The notes under the pieces: generated by a model
What the model was told of the DNA's origin: nothing
The model's database searches: none
Seen by the model: only the letters and a program-made list of their open reading frames with translations
Made by a program: the position numbers and the translations under genes
DNA from: a virus
Strand: one strand, 5' to 3'
Length of the DNA: 64,000 bases
IMG/VR virus record: IMGVR_UViG_3300025684_000015
Location: 1 to 64,000 of that record
In this document: in pieces, positions 37,223 to 47,269 of the stretch
Layout: every line of letters begins with the position of its first letter
Position numbering within the stretch: position 1 is the stretch's first letter

Positions 37223-37504
37223 TTAAGCAGCAATTAAAAGTGATGGTGATACATTCCACATACCAGCAGAGCCGGCATTCACCACAATATTTTTCTTGTT
37301 AATTCTTTGAATAGTGCCATTCATAGCACCACGTCTTCCAGTCCATTTCACATTTTGTCCTACACTGAAAGTATGCTTGATAGCATTATTTTTCATGCGG
37401 CGAGTGGTGTTAAACATCTCAGCCATTTGATCAAATTGTGTGAGATCAGCCTTTGCCATAAGAACTTGAAGTTTAGCCATTTCATTTGTTGTCAACATAA
37501 TCAT
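37223..37504 (-). CDS. small SH3-like early protein
   Basis: FSVGQNVKW...GTIQRINKK...WNVSP. Confidence 0.65.
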   Translation of the reverse strand: MIMLTTNEMAKLQVLMAKADLTQFDQMAEMFNTTRRMKNNAIKHTFSVGQNVKWTGRRGAMNGTIQRINKKNIVVNAGSAGMWNVSPSLLIAA

Positions 37505-37512
37505 TTCCTCTT

Positions 37513-37585
37513 TTCATTTTATAAGTATATTATACAACACTTTTTAGTACTTGTAAACAAAAAAATGCATTTAATTTGCATTTAT
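37513..37585 (-). promoter_or_regulatory. early promoter cassette (copy C)
   Basis: -10 37529-37534, -35 37552-37557, short TGCA inverted repeat. Confidence 0.8.
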
Positions 37586-38371
37586 TTTTATAAAATCTAC
37601 ATCAAGGACAGAACGAGCATTATCTTCTCTTCCGCCGCGATAGATTCCAAATTTGATGTAAGGCTTCTTGCCTTTTCTCATTACAATCTTATCAGACTTA
37701 GCACTCCAGACTTCATCTCCATTTGTCACCTTAGTGACCATATTAAAATGATCTTTCTTCATATCTAGATTAATTGTAACGTCTACCCATTTACCAATAT
37801 GATCATGGACTATAAAGTTTCCCATTGTCTTCTCAGACTCTAACTCAATATGGTTTAAATAATAATCTTTTCCAGATGCATGTTGAGTGCGAACACGTAA
37901 ACGATTTCCTTTATCTACAGATAAAATATAAGCAGGTTTACATGAACCCTTTTTGTCGCTTTTGTAACAATTATTATATACTTGCAAAATAGTGTTTATT
38001 GAATCAGTCCACTGGTTAGTCCATTCAGCAAATCTAATTCTATATTTAATTTCATAGCTTTTATTTGGATAAAGGTATTCCATATTGCCTTTATAGCCAG
38101 CAGTAAGTTCTATCCTTTCATGCCATTGATATCCACTACGCTTATTGTTATCTGCTCGGCATCCACCACGCTCACCAGCATTTACTTCAAATCTAAGAAA
38201 TTCAATATCTTTTTCTTTTAGCATTGAGTATTTAGATTTGCCTTGAGAAGGACAACTCTGATAAAAATTATGACTCCAATCTTTATCTTTTATTGCAAAT
38301 GCTTGTGAACTGAAAAATCCAGCTGCACAACTCAATACCACAGTGTGGAATACTATTTCTGAATATTTCAT
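37571..38371 (-). CDS. secreted polysaccharide lyase-like (beta-jelly-roll) protein
   Basis: Signal peptide ending AFA; ERIEL, ILQ, YIKFGIYR motifs. Confidence 0.65.
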   Translation of the reverse strand: MKYSEIVFHTVVLSCAAGFFSSQAFAIKDKDWSHNFYQSCPSQGKSKYSMLKEKDIEFLRFEVNAGERGGCRADNNKRSGYQWHERIELTAGYKGNMEYLYPNKSYEIKYRIRFAEWTNQWTDSINTILQVYNNCYKSDKKGSCKPAYILSVDKGNRLRVRTQHASGKDYYLNHIELESEKTMGNFIVHDHIGKWVDVTINLDMKKDHFNMVTKVTNGDEVWSAKSDKIVMRKGKKPYIKFGIYRGGREDNARSVLDVDFIKINAN

Positions 38372-38447
38372 CTTTTATCCTCAGGCCAGTAAAGAGCGAG
38401 ACACCAAAGTAATATTAAACAAACTATTAAACTTGCTACAAATTCCA

Positions 38448-38651
38448 TTAGTGCCTCGCATGATCTTGATCGGTGAATTGAGAAACATGATCAGGATCTG
38501 ATTTATGTGAGAAGACAACAGTATCATTGTCGACATCAACATCACCGTACATACGATGATCATGAACCAGATGGATAAAGTCAGGTCTACCAAAAACCCT
38601 GACAGCAGCCAGATAATCATTATCATTTCGAAAACCAACAAAGTGTAGCAT
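38448..38651 (-). CDS. small hypothetical protein
   Basis: HFVGFR...AVRVFGRPDFIH. Confidence 0.6.
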   Translation of the reverse strand: MLHFVGFRNDNDYLAAVRVFGRPDFIHLVHDHRMYGDVDVDNDTVVFSHKSDPDHVSQFTDQDHARH

Positions 38652-38729
38652 TATAAACCTATATAAACATCAAGATTGGAAGTGATGCCATTGCAAACAT
38701 AAAGATAATTCCAAGGATAATTTGAGACA

Positions 38730-38996
38730 TTACACTGCCTCCTGGATCATTGGTGAACCATCAAAGTTAGTACTCATGACAACACCTTGACACTCGATCC
38801 AACGAGCGGCTTCTTCAATATTTTGATAAGCATCTGACTCATCGGCATCAAATGTACCATCTTCCTTTTTGATTTCCCAAGAACCACGAAAATCGCCAAG
38901 CATATCTTGACAAATATAACATTCCTGCTCAGATACAACATTAGTTGCTTTATAGAAACCTTCAGAAACTTTAACGATTTTTAACATGATCAACAT
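38730..38996 (-). CDS. hypothetical early protein
   Basis: First gene after promoter cassette D. Confidence 0.65.
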   Translation of the reverse strand: MLIMLKIVKVSEGFYKATNVVSEQECYICQDMLGDFRGSWEIKKEDGTFDADESDAYQNIEEAARWIECQGVVMSTNFDGSPMIQEAV

Positions 38997-39002
38997 CCTC
39001 TT

Positions 39003-39109
39003 TTCATTTTATAAGTATATTATATCATAAAAAAGAACCTTTGTAAACAAAAAAATGCACTTAATTTGAAAAAAAGTGCATTTAGTTTATGTGTTATAAC
39101 AATAACTTA
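39003..39109 (-). promoter_or_regulatory. early promoter cassette (copy D)
   Basis: -10 39019-39024, -35 39042-39047, long TGCA inverted repeat, TAACAATAACTTA at 39097-39109. Confidence 0.85.
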
Positions 39110-39110
39110 G

Positions 39111-39401
39111 TTATTTTTTAGAAAAAGAATTTACTAAACGGGCTTGTTTTGTTCCTGGAATCTCTAAAACTGTTTCATTTGAGATTATATCAATGATGAT
39201 ATTTGTTACATCAATCTCTTTGCGAATCCAACCCATTTTTTCTACAAGTTTTTCTAATTCTTTTTGATAGTATTCAAGTTCTTGTTCTTTTCTTATTTTA
39301 GACTCAATTACATCAGATAAAAGAATAATTGTTTCAGTTTTACTTTCTTTTTCTTCTTCTTCTCTTATTCTTCTTTTCATGTATTCTTCATGACGTTCCA
39401 T
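39111..39401 (-). CDS. hypothetical coiled-coil protein
   Basis: GGAG SD; ORF track. Confidence 0.65.
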   Translation of the reverse strand: MERHEEYMKRRIREEEEKESKTETIILLSDVIESKIRKEQELEYYQKELEKLVEKMGWIRKEIDVTNIIIDIISNETVLEIPGTKQARLVNSFSKK

Positions 39402-39430
39402 TTATTATCTCCACCTAGCTCCATCACTCA

Positions 39431-39931
39431 TTAGTTCTTTTCCCATCTATAAAATAGATGATCGTCAATAGTACCTATATAAGTTTTTTGTTTATTCCAC
39501 GCTGGATCAACGTTTTTACTGTGATAGTGAGTTGCACCATCAGTTGGATCAATATTAGAATTACTAATTGATAATGCGCTATTGGCTATTTTTTTAGCAT
39601 GTTCATACGCAGTTTTATCTCGAATTCTATCACTTAATCCATCGCAATACCAAGAAAAATGACACTTGTGTTTAATTGGTACGTGCTTATTATGAGTCTC
39701 TTTCCACCATTTAGAATGATATCCTTGGGTTACTACACCACAAATTGTATTAGGATATCTATCATCTTTGACTCTATTTAAAGTTACCATAGCAACAGCG
39801 ATCTGCCCACTAGAAGATTGATTGCGCGATTCAAAATATATATTTTTAGCAAGACATTCGAATTCTTTACTAGTGTTTACTTCTGTTGCTCCTAAAGAAA
39901 ATAACAATGTTGCAATAATTTCGCTTAACAT
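39431..39931 (-). CDS. SleB/Hydrolase_2 cell wall hydrolase
   Basis: CLAKNIYFESRNQ, QIAVA.VTLNRV, YPNTICGVV, FSW, TDGATHYH, HLFY. Confidence 0.9.
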   Translation of the reverse strand: MLSEIIATLLFSLGATEVNTSKEFECLAKNIYFESRNQSSSGQIAVAMVTLNRVKDDRYPNTICGVVTQGYHSKWWKETHNKHVPIKHKCHFSWYCDGLSDRIRDKTAYEHAKKIANSALSISNSNIDPTDGATHYHSKNVDPAWNKQKTYIGTIDDHLFYRWEKN

Positions 39932-40167
39932 TCATTATTCTCATCAGCATAAACAATATTTTTGATTGGCCCTGTGCCTACTTCAAATACATGACTAGTT
40001 TGTGCGGTATAGATGTTGCCATCCATAATCGATTTAATTCGAATGGTATCACCATCGTTAAGCACTTCACCAATAATTTCTTCATGTGGTTGTACAACAC
40101 TAACTGTGACAGAGCTATTATAATAATCCCACATATAAACTTTCATTCCTTTAGTAATGCGTTTCAT
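39925..40167 (-). CDS. small hypothetical protein
   Basis: Coupled ORF. Confidence 0.6.
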   Translation of the reverse strand: MKRITKGMKVYMWDYYNSSVTVSVVQPHEEIIGEVLNDGDTIRIKSIMDGNIYTAQTSHVFEVGTGPIKNIVYADENNEC

Positions 40168-40682
40168 TATGCAGCCTCCTTTCGCTTTTGGCGTCGTTCA
40201 GCTAATAGCTTTTGGCGTCGTTCAGCTATAGCTGGATTTACTAATCCCTGACGAAGATATCTGTAAATTGTTTGAAAACAATCTCCATGACCACGATCAT
40301 TTTTTGACTTATCACGTAGATATTTAGGCATCTTAGATTTATGTGTATATTGTACATAATGAGATACTTCATGCGCAACCAAACACATTAGAATATCTGA
40401 ATTATCAGACACTTTGATTTGCCCAATAGTAGGATCATCATTAAAACGGGCGTATTCGCTATATACTTTATTTCCGAATTGCCAACATTCAAGATTGATC
40501 TTAATCATGCGATATCCAGCCCAGCTGCGGCCGTTCTTACGACGATAAACATCTAAATGCTTAACTGCAGTATGGACATCTTTAGTTGTCAACCCAAGTT
40601 CATATTGTTTTTTCTTGAGATGGCGCATACAGATTTTAACCATTTCAGCAACGGGATTATAAAGTTCTTTATCAATAGCCAT
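40167..40682 (-). CDS. SprT-like HEXXH metallopeptidase
   Basis: VAHEVSH...GHGDCF. Confidence 0.7.
   Translation of the reverse strand: MAIDKELYNPVAEMVKICMRHLKKKQYELGLTTKDVHTAVKHLDVYRRKNGRSWAGYRMIKINLECWQFGNKVYSEYARFNDDPTIGQIKVSDNSDILMCLVAHEVSHYVQYTHKSKMPKYLRDKSKNDRGHGDCFQTIYRYLRQGLVNPAIAERRQKLLAERRQKRKEAA
40184..40228. repeat. 21-bp direct repeat x2 (codes AERRQK twice)
   Basis: gcttttggcgtcgttcagcta at 40184 and 40208. Confidence 0.8.
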
Positions 40683-40695
40683 TTACATTCCTTTT

Positions 40696-40804
40696 TTCAT
40701 TTTATAAGTATATTCTACCATACTTTTTAGCAAATGTAAACCCCTAAAATGCACTTTTTTAAAATAAAATGCATTTTTTTATCTGAAACATAATCAATAA
40801 CTTA
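40696..40804 (-). promoter_or_regulatory. early promoter cassette (copy E)
   Basis: -10 TAGAAT 40712-40717, -35 40735-40740, TGCA inverted repeat, AATCAATAACTTA at 40792-40804. Confidence 0.85.
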
Positions 40805-40818
40805 GGATAAATACTTAA

Positions 40819-41394
40819 ATGAATGATTATGTTATCCCTCTAAGTAAGCTATCTTACGATAAAGAAGCATGCTTAGAATTTTTTAAAACTTTAGATTTTG
40901 GGAATCGGTGGGATGATAGGCCTACTGGCAGGTATATTCGTGCAGAAAATCCTGATGGCTATTTAGAAGTTCCATGCATTAAACAAATCAATAATCAACT
41001 ACCATATAGCGTCAATTTTCAATTTATTAAGATTGTTGGAGATTGGACAATGCCTATTCACATTGATACATATAGGACAGCTGTATTAATGATACCACTA
41101 TCACCAGATCCAGCACCAACTTATTGGTATGAAGAACCTGACTATATAAAAAAATTACGATTGTCTGGAGATAGAGATGCTTATATTAAAGCTTCAAGAA
41201 AATTAAAAATAGATCCGATTTACACACATATTCATGATGGTATACCTACTATTATTAATTCAGAATTGCCGCATGGTACTGATACACAGAATGGAATTGA
41301 TCGGCTTACCATACAAATAGGAATGGCCAATACTGATACTGGACCATTCCTATCTTGGGATGAAATTTTTGAAAAAGTAAAAGACTTAGTCTAA
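40819..41394 (+). CDS. 2OG-Fe(II)/AspH-like oxygenase
   Basis: PIHID, INSELPHG, RLTIQI. Confidence 0.7.
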   Translation: MNDYVIPLSKLSYDKEACLEFFKTLDFGNRWDDRPTGRYIRAENPDGYLEVPCIKQINNQLPYSVNFQFIKIVGDWTMPIHIDTYRTAVLMIPLSPDPAPTYWYEEPDYIKKLRLSGDRDAYIKASRKLKIDPIYTHIHDGIPTIINSELPHGTDTQNGIDRLTIQIGMANTDTGPFLSWDEIFEKVKDLV

Positions 41395-41688
41395 TTACTC
41401 TACTTCGCCTTTAAATACCCATGTGCGAACAATACCATTTTCATCATTATAGGCTGTTCTTGCATTAGCTGCGTCTTGATCACCACTTTCAGACTCTGCT
41501 TTATATGCTAACCAAATTTCTTCGGTTTCTGCATAGTTTGTCAAAGTTAAAACCAAACCATCTTCAGACATAGCGCGCTCACGAACAATCTTATATTCTG
41601 ATTGTGTGTGTAGAATCATGTCATTTGTTGGTTGCCAAAATGGTACATCAACGCTAGGACGAGTAAATGTCATAACCGTTTTATACAT
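41395..41688 (-). CDS. hypothetical protein
   Basis: Coupled to dctP; TRPSVDVPFW...YNDENGI. Confidence 0.65.
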   Translation of the reverse strand: MYKTVMTFTRPSVDVPFWQPTNDMILHTQSEYKIVRERAMSEDGLVLTLTNYAETEEIWLAYKAESESGDQDAANARTAYNDENGIVRTWVFKGEVE

Positions 41689-42644
41689 TATGCTGCTCCT
41701 TTAATATCTGCAACTAGGCCATTCTCAAAGAATGACTCATATTGCGGATAAACTGATTTAAGAGCTGTAGAAAATCTTGCTCTTTCTTTTTCTGACATAA
41801 CAACAGTATCAATGCCAAAAGCTTTTGCTTCTGTTTGAACTCTAACATTATCTGCCAGTGAATCTTCTCTTTCGATTTTAGCTGCTTCTAATGAAGCTTC
41901 TTTCCATGCTTGTTGATCATTAGCAGACATAGAATCCCATAGTTGTTTATTCATTACAATTGAAGTAAGGAATAATGAGTGTGAAGTGTCATTAATATAT
42001 TTAGCTACTTCATGCTGCTGTCTAGCAAAGAATCGAGCATATGTGGTAGTACCAGCATCAATACGACCATCTTTCATTGCTTGATTAATTTCATCAACTA
42101 ACATTTGAACTGGTTTAGCTTGCACTGCTTCAAACATAGATTGAGATACTGGGCTTTTGGAGCAACCAATAGAAAGATCATAGAAATCTTCAAGTCTTTC
42201 TAGAGTCTTTGTTGAAGGAATAATCCTATATCCACCTGAATATGTAAAAGCTAAACCTTTTAAATTAGATTTTTTCTCGAGCCATGAGAACAGATTTTGA
42301 CCAATTTTTCCATCGAGTACTTTTTCGGCATGGCCATGATCTTCGAATAAGAATGGAAGCCCTAGGGAAAACATGTTCTTTTCAAACTTCCCTAGAGTTT
42401 CTACATATGTTGTAGCAATATCAATATTGCCAGAGTTAACTAAACTAACAACTTTTTCTCTATCACTAGAGTGAATAGATAAGTTACTACCAGTTTCTTT
42501 ATTCCATTCGGATAGACTTAAAACCCGTAGATCATATCTACCATCAGTGCTATCTTTGATTTTTGCACTAAATACTTTTGCTGCGCGCAAAAATACATTG
42601 AATGGTTCGTGTGCAATAACCCACGTAAGTTGTTTAGTTTCCAT
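41688..42644 (-). CDS. dctP: TRAP-type substrate-binding protein (DctP-like), no signal peptide
   Basis: LPFLFED..HAEKVLDG, GGYR, AMKDGRIDA; begins at the mature fold. Confidence 0.85.
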   Translation of the reverse strand: METKQLTWVIAHEPFNVFLRAAKVFSAKIKDSTDGRYDLRVLSLSEWNKETGSNLSIHSSDREKVVSLVNSGNIDIATTYVETLGKFEKNMFSLGLPFLFEDHGHAEKVLDGKIGQNLFSWLEKKSNLKGLAFTYSGGYRIIPSTKTLERLEDFYDLSIGCSKSPVSQSMFEAVQAKPVQMLVDEINQAMKDGRIDAGTTTYARFFARQQHEVAKYINDTSHSLFLTSIVMNKQLWDSMSANDQQAWKEASLEAAKIEREDSLADNVRVQTEAKAFGIDTVVMSEKERARFSTALKSVYPQYESFFENGLVADIKGAA

Positions 42645-42650
42645 TTTAGT

Positions 42651-43604
42651 TTACTCTCCGAAAATTTCTCTGTATCCTGGCTCTAATAGTTTTCTATTAG
42701 CAATATACGCATTCTTTAATCCTTGCGAATTAAGTGCTGCTTTATCTATATTTATCATTCTTTTTTCGCGTTCTGCCTTAGCTTTTTCACTTTGTACGGC
42801 TTTTGCTAAATTAATTTCATACCATTTTACAATTTCTGGATCAGTACCTTTTGCTAAAAGGGCACCGACTGTAGACATTTGTAAAATTCCTGGATATGTT
42901 TCATTAACAGCTTCAGTATTAGGCAATGCTGGTAGTCTTCCATTAGACATTACCGCAATATACTTAATATCACCACTATTATAGAACGCAACTGTTGGTG
43001 GCATACCACCTACCCAAATATCAACTTCACCAGCGGCTACGTCTTTAATAGCTTCTGCTGATTTTCTATATTTTACAAAGTTGACTTTATCTTTTGAGAT
43101 ACCTTCAGCTTCTAAAATAAGATTTGTTGCAACAATCTGATTAGGGAATGTTGTTGTGATATTTAGTGGTTTATTTGAAGTGCGAATCCATTCAACCAAT
43201 GCGGCTAATGAATTAATAGGTGTGTCGTGCTTTACGGCGATCACAATACTAGAAGTGATCAAGCCAGAAGTAAATTCGAAATCATTCGCCCAATCGTAAT
43301 CAACCAACTCTGGGTTGGTGACTTCACCCATTACATGACTAATGCTTGTAGTCAAAAGCACGTGATGGCCATCTGCTGGGTAAGATTTAAGAAAATGTTT
43401 TGTTCCGATAATACCAGCGGCACCTGGTTTAAACTCATAGATTACTTCAACACCAAGTGCTTCTTCAATTGACATAAAGCCAGTTGCATGAAGAGATGTT
43501 GGAGAAGAAGGAACCGTAACGGTAATAGGACCTGTTGGTTCCCATGCATACACAGTCGTGTTTGCTAGCACAGCAATAACGAAAGTCATAATATATTTTA
43601 ACAT
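42651..43604 (-). CDS. tctC: tripartite tricarboxylate transporter substrate-binding protein (TctC/Bug)
   Basis: Signal peptide; PTGPITVTVP, KPGAAGIIG, PADGH, VKYRK..EAIKDV..GEVD, LPNT. Confidence 0.85.
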   Translation of the reverse strand: MLKYIMTFVIAVLANTTVYAWEPTGPITVTVPSSPTSLHATGFMSIEEALGVEVIYEFKPGAAGIIGTKHFLKSYPADGHHVLLTTSISHVMGEVTNPELVDYDWANDFEFTSGLITSSIVIAVKHDTPINSLAALVEWIRTSNKPLNITTTFPNQIVATNLILEAEGISKDKVNFVKYRKSAEAIKDVAAGEVDIWVGGMPPTVAFYNSGDIKYIAVMSNGRLPALPNTEAVNETYPGILQMSTVGALLAKGTDPEIVKWYEINLAKAVQSEKAKAEREKRMINIDKAALNSQGLKNAYIANRKLLEPGYREIFGE

Positions 43605-43649
43605 AATATTTTTTTTTCCTTTTAATGGGATTTATTTGATTTATACGAT

Positions 43650-43657
43650 TATTTATA
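43650..43657 (-). promoter_or_regulatory. T4-type late promoter upstream of tctC-dctP
   Basis: TATAAATA in the intergenic region. Confidence 0.7.
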
Positions 43658-43660
43658 TTT

Positions 43661-44386
43661 TTACTTATTTGTCATTGAGCACAATTTAAGAACATTCTCC
43701 CAAGTCTTAGGAACGTTAACAACCAAATGAATTGATCCATCTTCCCAAGAATGAGTTCTATGCGTTTTCATTGTATCAACGTAATAAGCCCGACCAGGAA
43801 TAATATCCTGTTTTTGGCCAGATTGACTCCATTCAAAAGAATCACTATCACATGCTTTCGATAAGAAAGCTACGATACGAATAGTTTTTCTAGTAATAAG
43901 TGGATAGTCTTTATGCGGTGGGAAATACCCACCCGCATTTACTTTAACTAAGAAAGTTCTACCAAGTTTGTCAAATGGTTCCAACAACTCATGGAGAGAA
44001 GTTAGAGCATGATATACGTCTGTCTTATGGTTGAAGTCTTGGTCAAGTAAAAACTCGTTTCCAGTCTTAATTCTAGATTGTGGGATAGAAAGATTTTCCG
44101 AATGAGAACTTCCTTCTAATCCAACTAGAACAAGACCTTCTCTATTATTTGGTGCCCATGCTTTTTTCAAGTATGGTTCCCAATCGTTATCAAATAACGA
44201 TAATTCTTTATTTAATTGATCTAAATTAATTCTTGGTTTTAATAGTTCGAATTCACCCATTGCTTGCAATTGTAGCTCGCACATAAGATCTTCTTGCGTG
44301 GGTGTAAACTTTTCTGGCTTACGAGAATACTTCTCAAACCAGTTACCAGTATTTTCACCATCACCTTTATTTTTGATTTCTGTCAT
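43661..44386 (-). CDS. aspartyl/asparaginyl beta-hydroxylase-like 2OG oxygenase
   Basis: GRT..GGYFPPHKD...GRAYYVDTMKTH...HLVVN. Confidence 0.75.
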   Translation of the reverse strand: MTEIKNKGDGENTGNWFEKYSRKPEKFTPTQEDLMCELQLQAMGEFELLKPRINLDQLNKELSLFDNDWEPYLKKAWAPNNREGLVLVGLEGSSHSENLSIPQSRIKTGNEFLLDQDFNHKTDVYHALTSLHELLEPFDKLGRTFLVKVNAGGYFPPHKDYPLITRKTIRIVAFLSKACDSDSFEWSQSGQKQDIIPGRAYYVDTMKTHRTHSWEDGSIHLVVNVPKTWENVLKLCSMTNK

Positions 44387-44418
44387 CGTAATCCCAATTC
44401 ATCGCAAATAAAATTGAT

Positions 44419-45840
44419 CTAAACATTCTTTTTCATCCTGTACATATTAGCTGATATGATTGCCAATATACATAACCATATTCCTATTGCTATATTACTA
44501 TGTATAAAGATAGAAAAGTCCCCTTGAGAAATACTAAGAGATCTTCTAAAATATTCTTCAAGCATTGGACCTAGAATTAATCCTAAAATAAATGGGACAA
44601 CATTAATATCTAATTTCATAAACAGATAACCGAGAGCAATAAAAGCACAAAGAATAATTAAATCATTTGAGTTATTATTTACTCCATACGTTCCAATAAA
44701 ACAAACAGAAATAATAATAGGATATAATATTGTGTATGGTATTTTAATTAAGCTTACCCATATTTTAATCAACGGATAATTTAAAATAAGAAGAATAATA
44801 TTTCCAAAGAAAATACTGTAAACTAAAGACCAAAATAAATCAGGATGGTTTTGAATTACTAATGGACCAGGAACAATTCCAAATACAATCATGGCACCAA
44901 GAATCAAAGTCATTGCCATATTTTCTGGTAATCCAAGACTTAATAAAGGAATAAGACTGCCTTGAGCAGCAGCATTATTTGCAGCTTCTGGAGCAGCAAC
45001 TCCTTCTATAACTCCGGTGCCTAAATTTTTATTAATATTTTTTTCAACAGTATAAGCAGCATATGTTGCTCCTGTTAGTCCACCACCTGGAATAATACCA
45101 AGAAACCCACCAATAAGAGTTCCTCTCAATGCTGCGGGAACAAATTGTTTTAAATCTTCTTTTGTTGGAAGAATTGCTAAATTTTTAGTCTGTACAATAG
45201 ACATAGTATTTAATGATAAATTTCGAAATACTTCGGCGAATGCAACCATTCCAATTGCAGCTGCAACAAAACTTATTCCATCATATAGATCATCAATATT
45301 GAATACAAATCTTTCAAGTCCACTATTTAAATCAACACCAACAGTTCCTGTCAATATACCAACCATAACTGCCGCTAATCCAGTTAAAAGATTATCACTT
45401 AGAATAGATGTAACACCAACAAATGCTAAACATAATAATGCAGTATATTCAGCTGGACCAAATTTAAAAGCAAGGTCAGCTAATGGTGGAGAAATAATTG
45501 CCATAGCAATTACCATAATAATACCAGCAATAAAGGAAGAAATAGCTGATACCATAATGGCTTTTCCAGCTAATCCTTTCTTTGCTAATTTATGACCATC
45601 AATACAAGTCATAATAGCACTATTTTCGCCTGGTGTATTTAATAGAATCGCTGTAGTAGATCCACCATATTGAGATCCATAATAGATTCCAGCTAACATA
45701 ATAATACCAGAAATAGGATCCATTCCAAAAGTAATTGGCAATAATAATGCAATTGTTGTTGATGGACCGAGGCCAGGTAATACACCAACGGCAGTGCCAG
45801 CAAGACATCCAATTAATAAAAATATTAATTGCTCTACCAT
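44419..45840 (-). CDS. tctA: tripartite tricarboxylate transporter large subunit
   Basis: GVLPGLG, GSQYGGS, NTPG, FGPAEY, GIIPGGG, PEAANNA, LGLP, GLILGP. Confidence 0.95.
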   Translation of the reverse strand: MVEQLIFLLIGCLAGTAVGVLPGLGPSTTIALLLPITFGMDPISGIIMLAGIYYGSQYGGSTTAILLNTPGENSAIMTCIDGHKLAKKGLAGKAIMVSAISSFIAGIIMVIAMAIISPPLADLAFKFGPAEYTALLCLAFVGVTSILSDNLLTGLAAVMVGILTGTVGVDLNSGLERFVFNIDDLYDGISFVAAAIGMVAFAEVFRNLSLNTMSIVQTKNLAILPTKEDLKQFVPAALRGTLIGGFLGIIPGGGLTGATYAAYTVEKNINKNLGTGVIEGVAAPEAANNAAAQGSLIPLLSLGLPENMAMTLILGAMIVFGIVPGPLVIQNHPDLFWSLVYSIFFGNIILLILNYPLIKIWVSLIKIPYTILYPIIISVCFIGTYGVNNNSNDLIILCAFIALGYLFMKLDINVVPFILGLILGPMLEEYFRRSLSISQGDFSIFIHSNIAIGIWLCILAIISANMYRMKKNV

Positions 45841-46250
45841 AATGGTAATGCTTTAAGTACTGTGAGTTTTAATATAATTGCTAAGACCGAAGAAACGGCT
45901 GTTGAGATAATACATGATTTCCATGTAAAGTCTTTATGAAGAGTTGAAACTAACGGAACTAAAACCACAATAGAAGCTAAAATACCAAAATACTTAAACG
46001 CAAGAATTCCTAAAAATACAGCACCCAGCATTTTAATAAGTACAAATATTTCTAAATGTAATACTTCATTATCATTTTGTGATCGAAATGCGTATACTGT
46101 TGAAATAATAATTAAAATAATAGAAATAATAAATGGGTACATTCCTGGACCCATATTTGCAAGTGTTCCTAATTGCATATTAGATGACATAATTAAAAAT
46201 ATAAATCCAATCATAAAAAGTAATATAGAAGTATATTGTTTTTTAGTCAT
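45834..46250 (-). CDS. tctB: tripartite tricarboxylate transporter small subunit
   Basis: About 4 TM helices, MGPGMYP motif, C-terminal LP; adjacent to tctA. Confidence 0.85.
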   Translation of the reverse strand: MTKKQYTSILLFMIGFIFLIMSSNMQLGTLANMGPGMYPFIISIILIIISTVYAFRSQNDNEVLHLEIFVLIKMLGAVFLGILAFKYFGILASIVVLVPLVSTLHKDFTWKSCIISTAVSSVLAIILKLTVLKALPLW

Positions 46251-47269
46251 TATTCATATCCACAAAAATCATTATCTTCAACATAGTATTGTTTAATAAA
46301 CTCTGTATCAAATGGTTTATAAAAGGATTGTAAAGAATTTGATTCAGATACAATCATATCAGGTTTATTTGTAAAGAATAATTTACCCATAGACTGCCAT
46401 TTTCTTTTGTAAATATGATAGTCTTTATCCTTTGTATAATTATATATTAGATCTTTATAGAGTGATTTATCTGGAGATTTATTTAAGATTGACCATCTTT
46501 GAATATCGTGAGAAGAGTAAAATGTGTCAAATTCTTTATGATAACCCAATCTAGGCTTATATTTTTCTTTAGCGTTTAACCATCTAAAATTGAAATTAAA
46601 CCACCAACTAAAATCTTCAATAGTATCAATTGGCCGTGGAGAACTTTTACCAGTTTTTAACATAGCATTGATAAATGCTTCAGCCGCAATTTTATCAAAT
46701 CCCAACTCAGCACAAACATTATATAGATTAGTTTTTGTTGCTGGTTTAGTAGTCCAAGATTTATCAATTCGTGAAAGCATCATGCCACTAATAATTTGAT
46801 CTGCATGTTCTGCTTGAATAGTAATACCATCATTATCTTCAGATAAATGTTTTTCAATTGATAAAAGTTTAAAGTTTGGTAAAATATAAGTGTAATAAAA
46901 TTTAGGATTCTCTTTTATAGAGTCACGATTCATTACAATTGTTATTTGATCTAAATTAATATTAGACTTAAGAAATGATATAACCATTAAGGTTGAATCA
47001 ATTCCGCCACTCCATTGTAAATATAAATGTTTACCTGTATCAACTAATTCTAAACAACGACTTTGTAATACATCTTCAAATGTTCCAACAGCTTTAACTG
47101 TAGGAATTTTATATTCTTCTGGCATATATTGCTTTAATGGTGTTACTAATGTTTCTGTTCTATCTGACATCCAACTAAAACGCATAATTTTGCGCATAGC
47201 TCTTTCGTATAATACCATATCAGGAGTATCTAGAGCACGTAATAATATTGTTGAAGCATGTAGAATCAA
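46250..47269 (-). CDS. asparagine synthetase-like PP-loop ATP pyrophosphatase (no glutaminase domain)
   Basis: WSGGIDST, SIKENP, AEHADQI, DFSWWFNF. Confidence 0.75.
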   Translation of the reverse strand: MILHASTILLRALDTPDMVLYERAMRKIMRFSWMSDRTETLVTPLKQYMPEEYKIPTVKAVGTFEDVLQSRCLELVDTGKHLYLQWSGGIDSTLMVISFLKSNINLDQITIVMNRDSIKENPKFYYTYILPNFKLLSIEKHLSEDNDGITIQAEHADQIISGMMLSRIDKSWTTKPATKTNLYNVCAELGFDKIAAEAFINAMLKTGKSSPRPIDTIEDFSWWFNFNFRWLNAKEKYKPRLGYHKEFDTFYSSHDIQRWSILNKSPDKSLYKDLIYNYTKDKDYHIYKRKWQSMGKLFFTNKPDMIVSESNSLQSFYKPFDTEFIKQYYVEDNDFCGYE

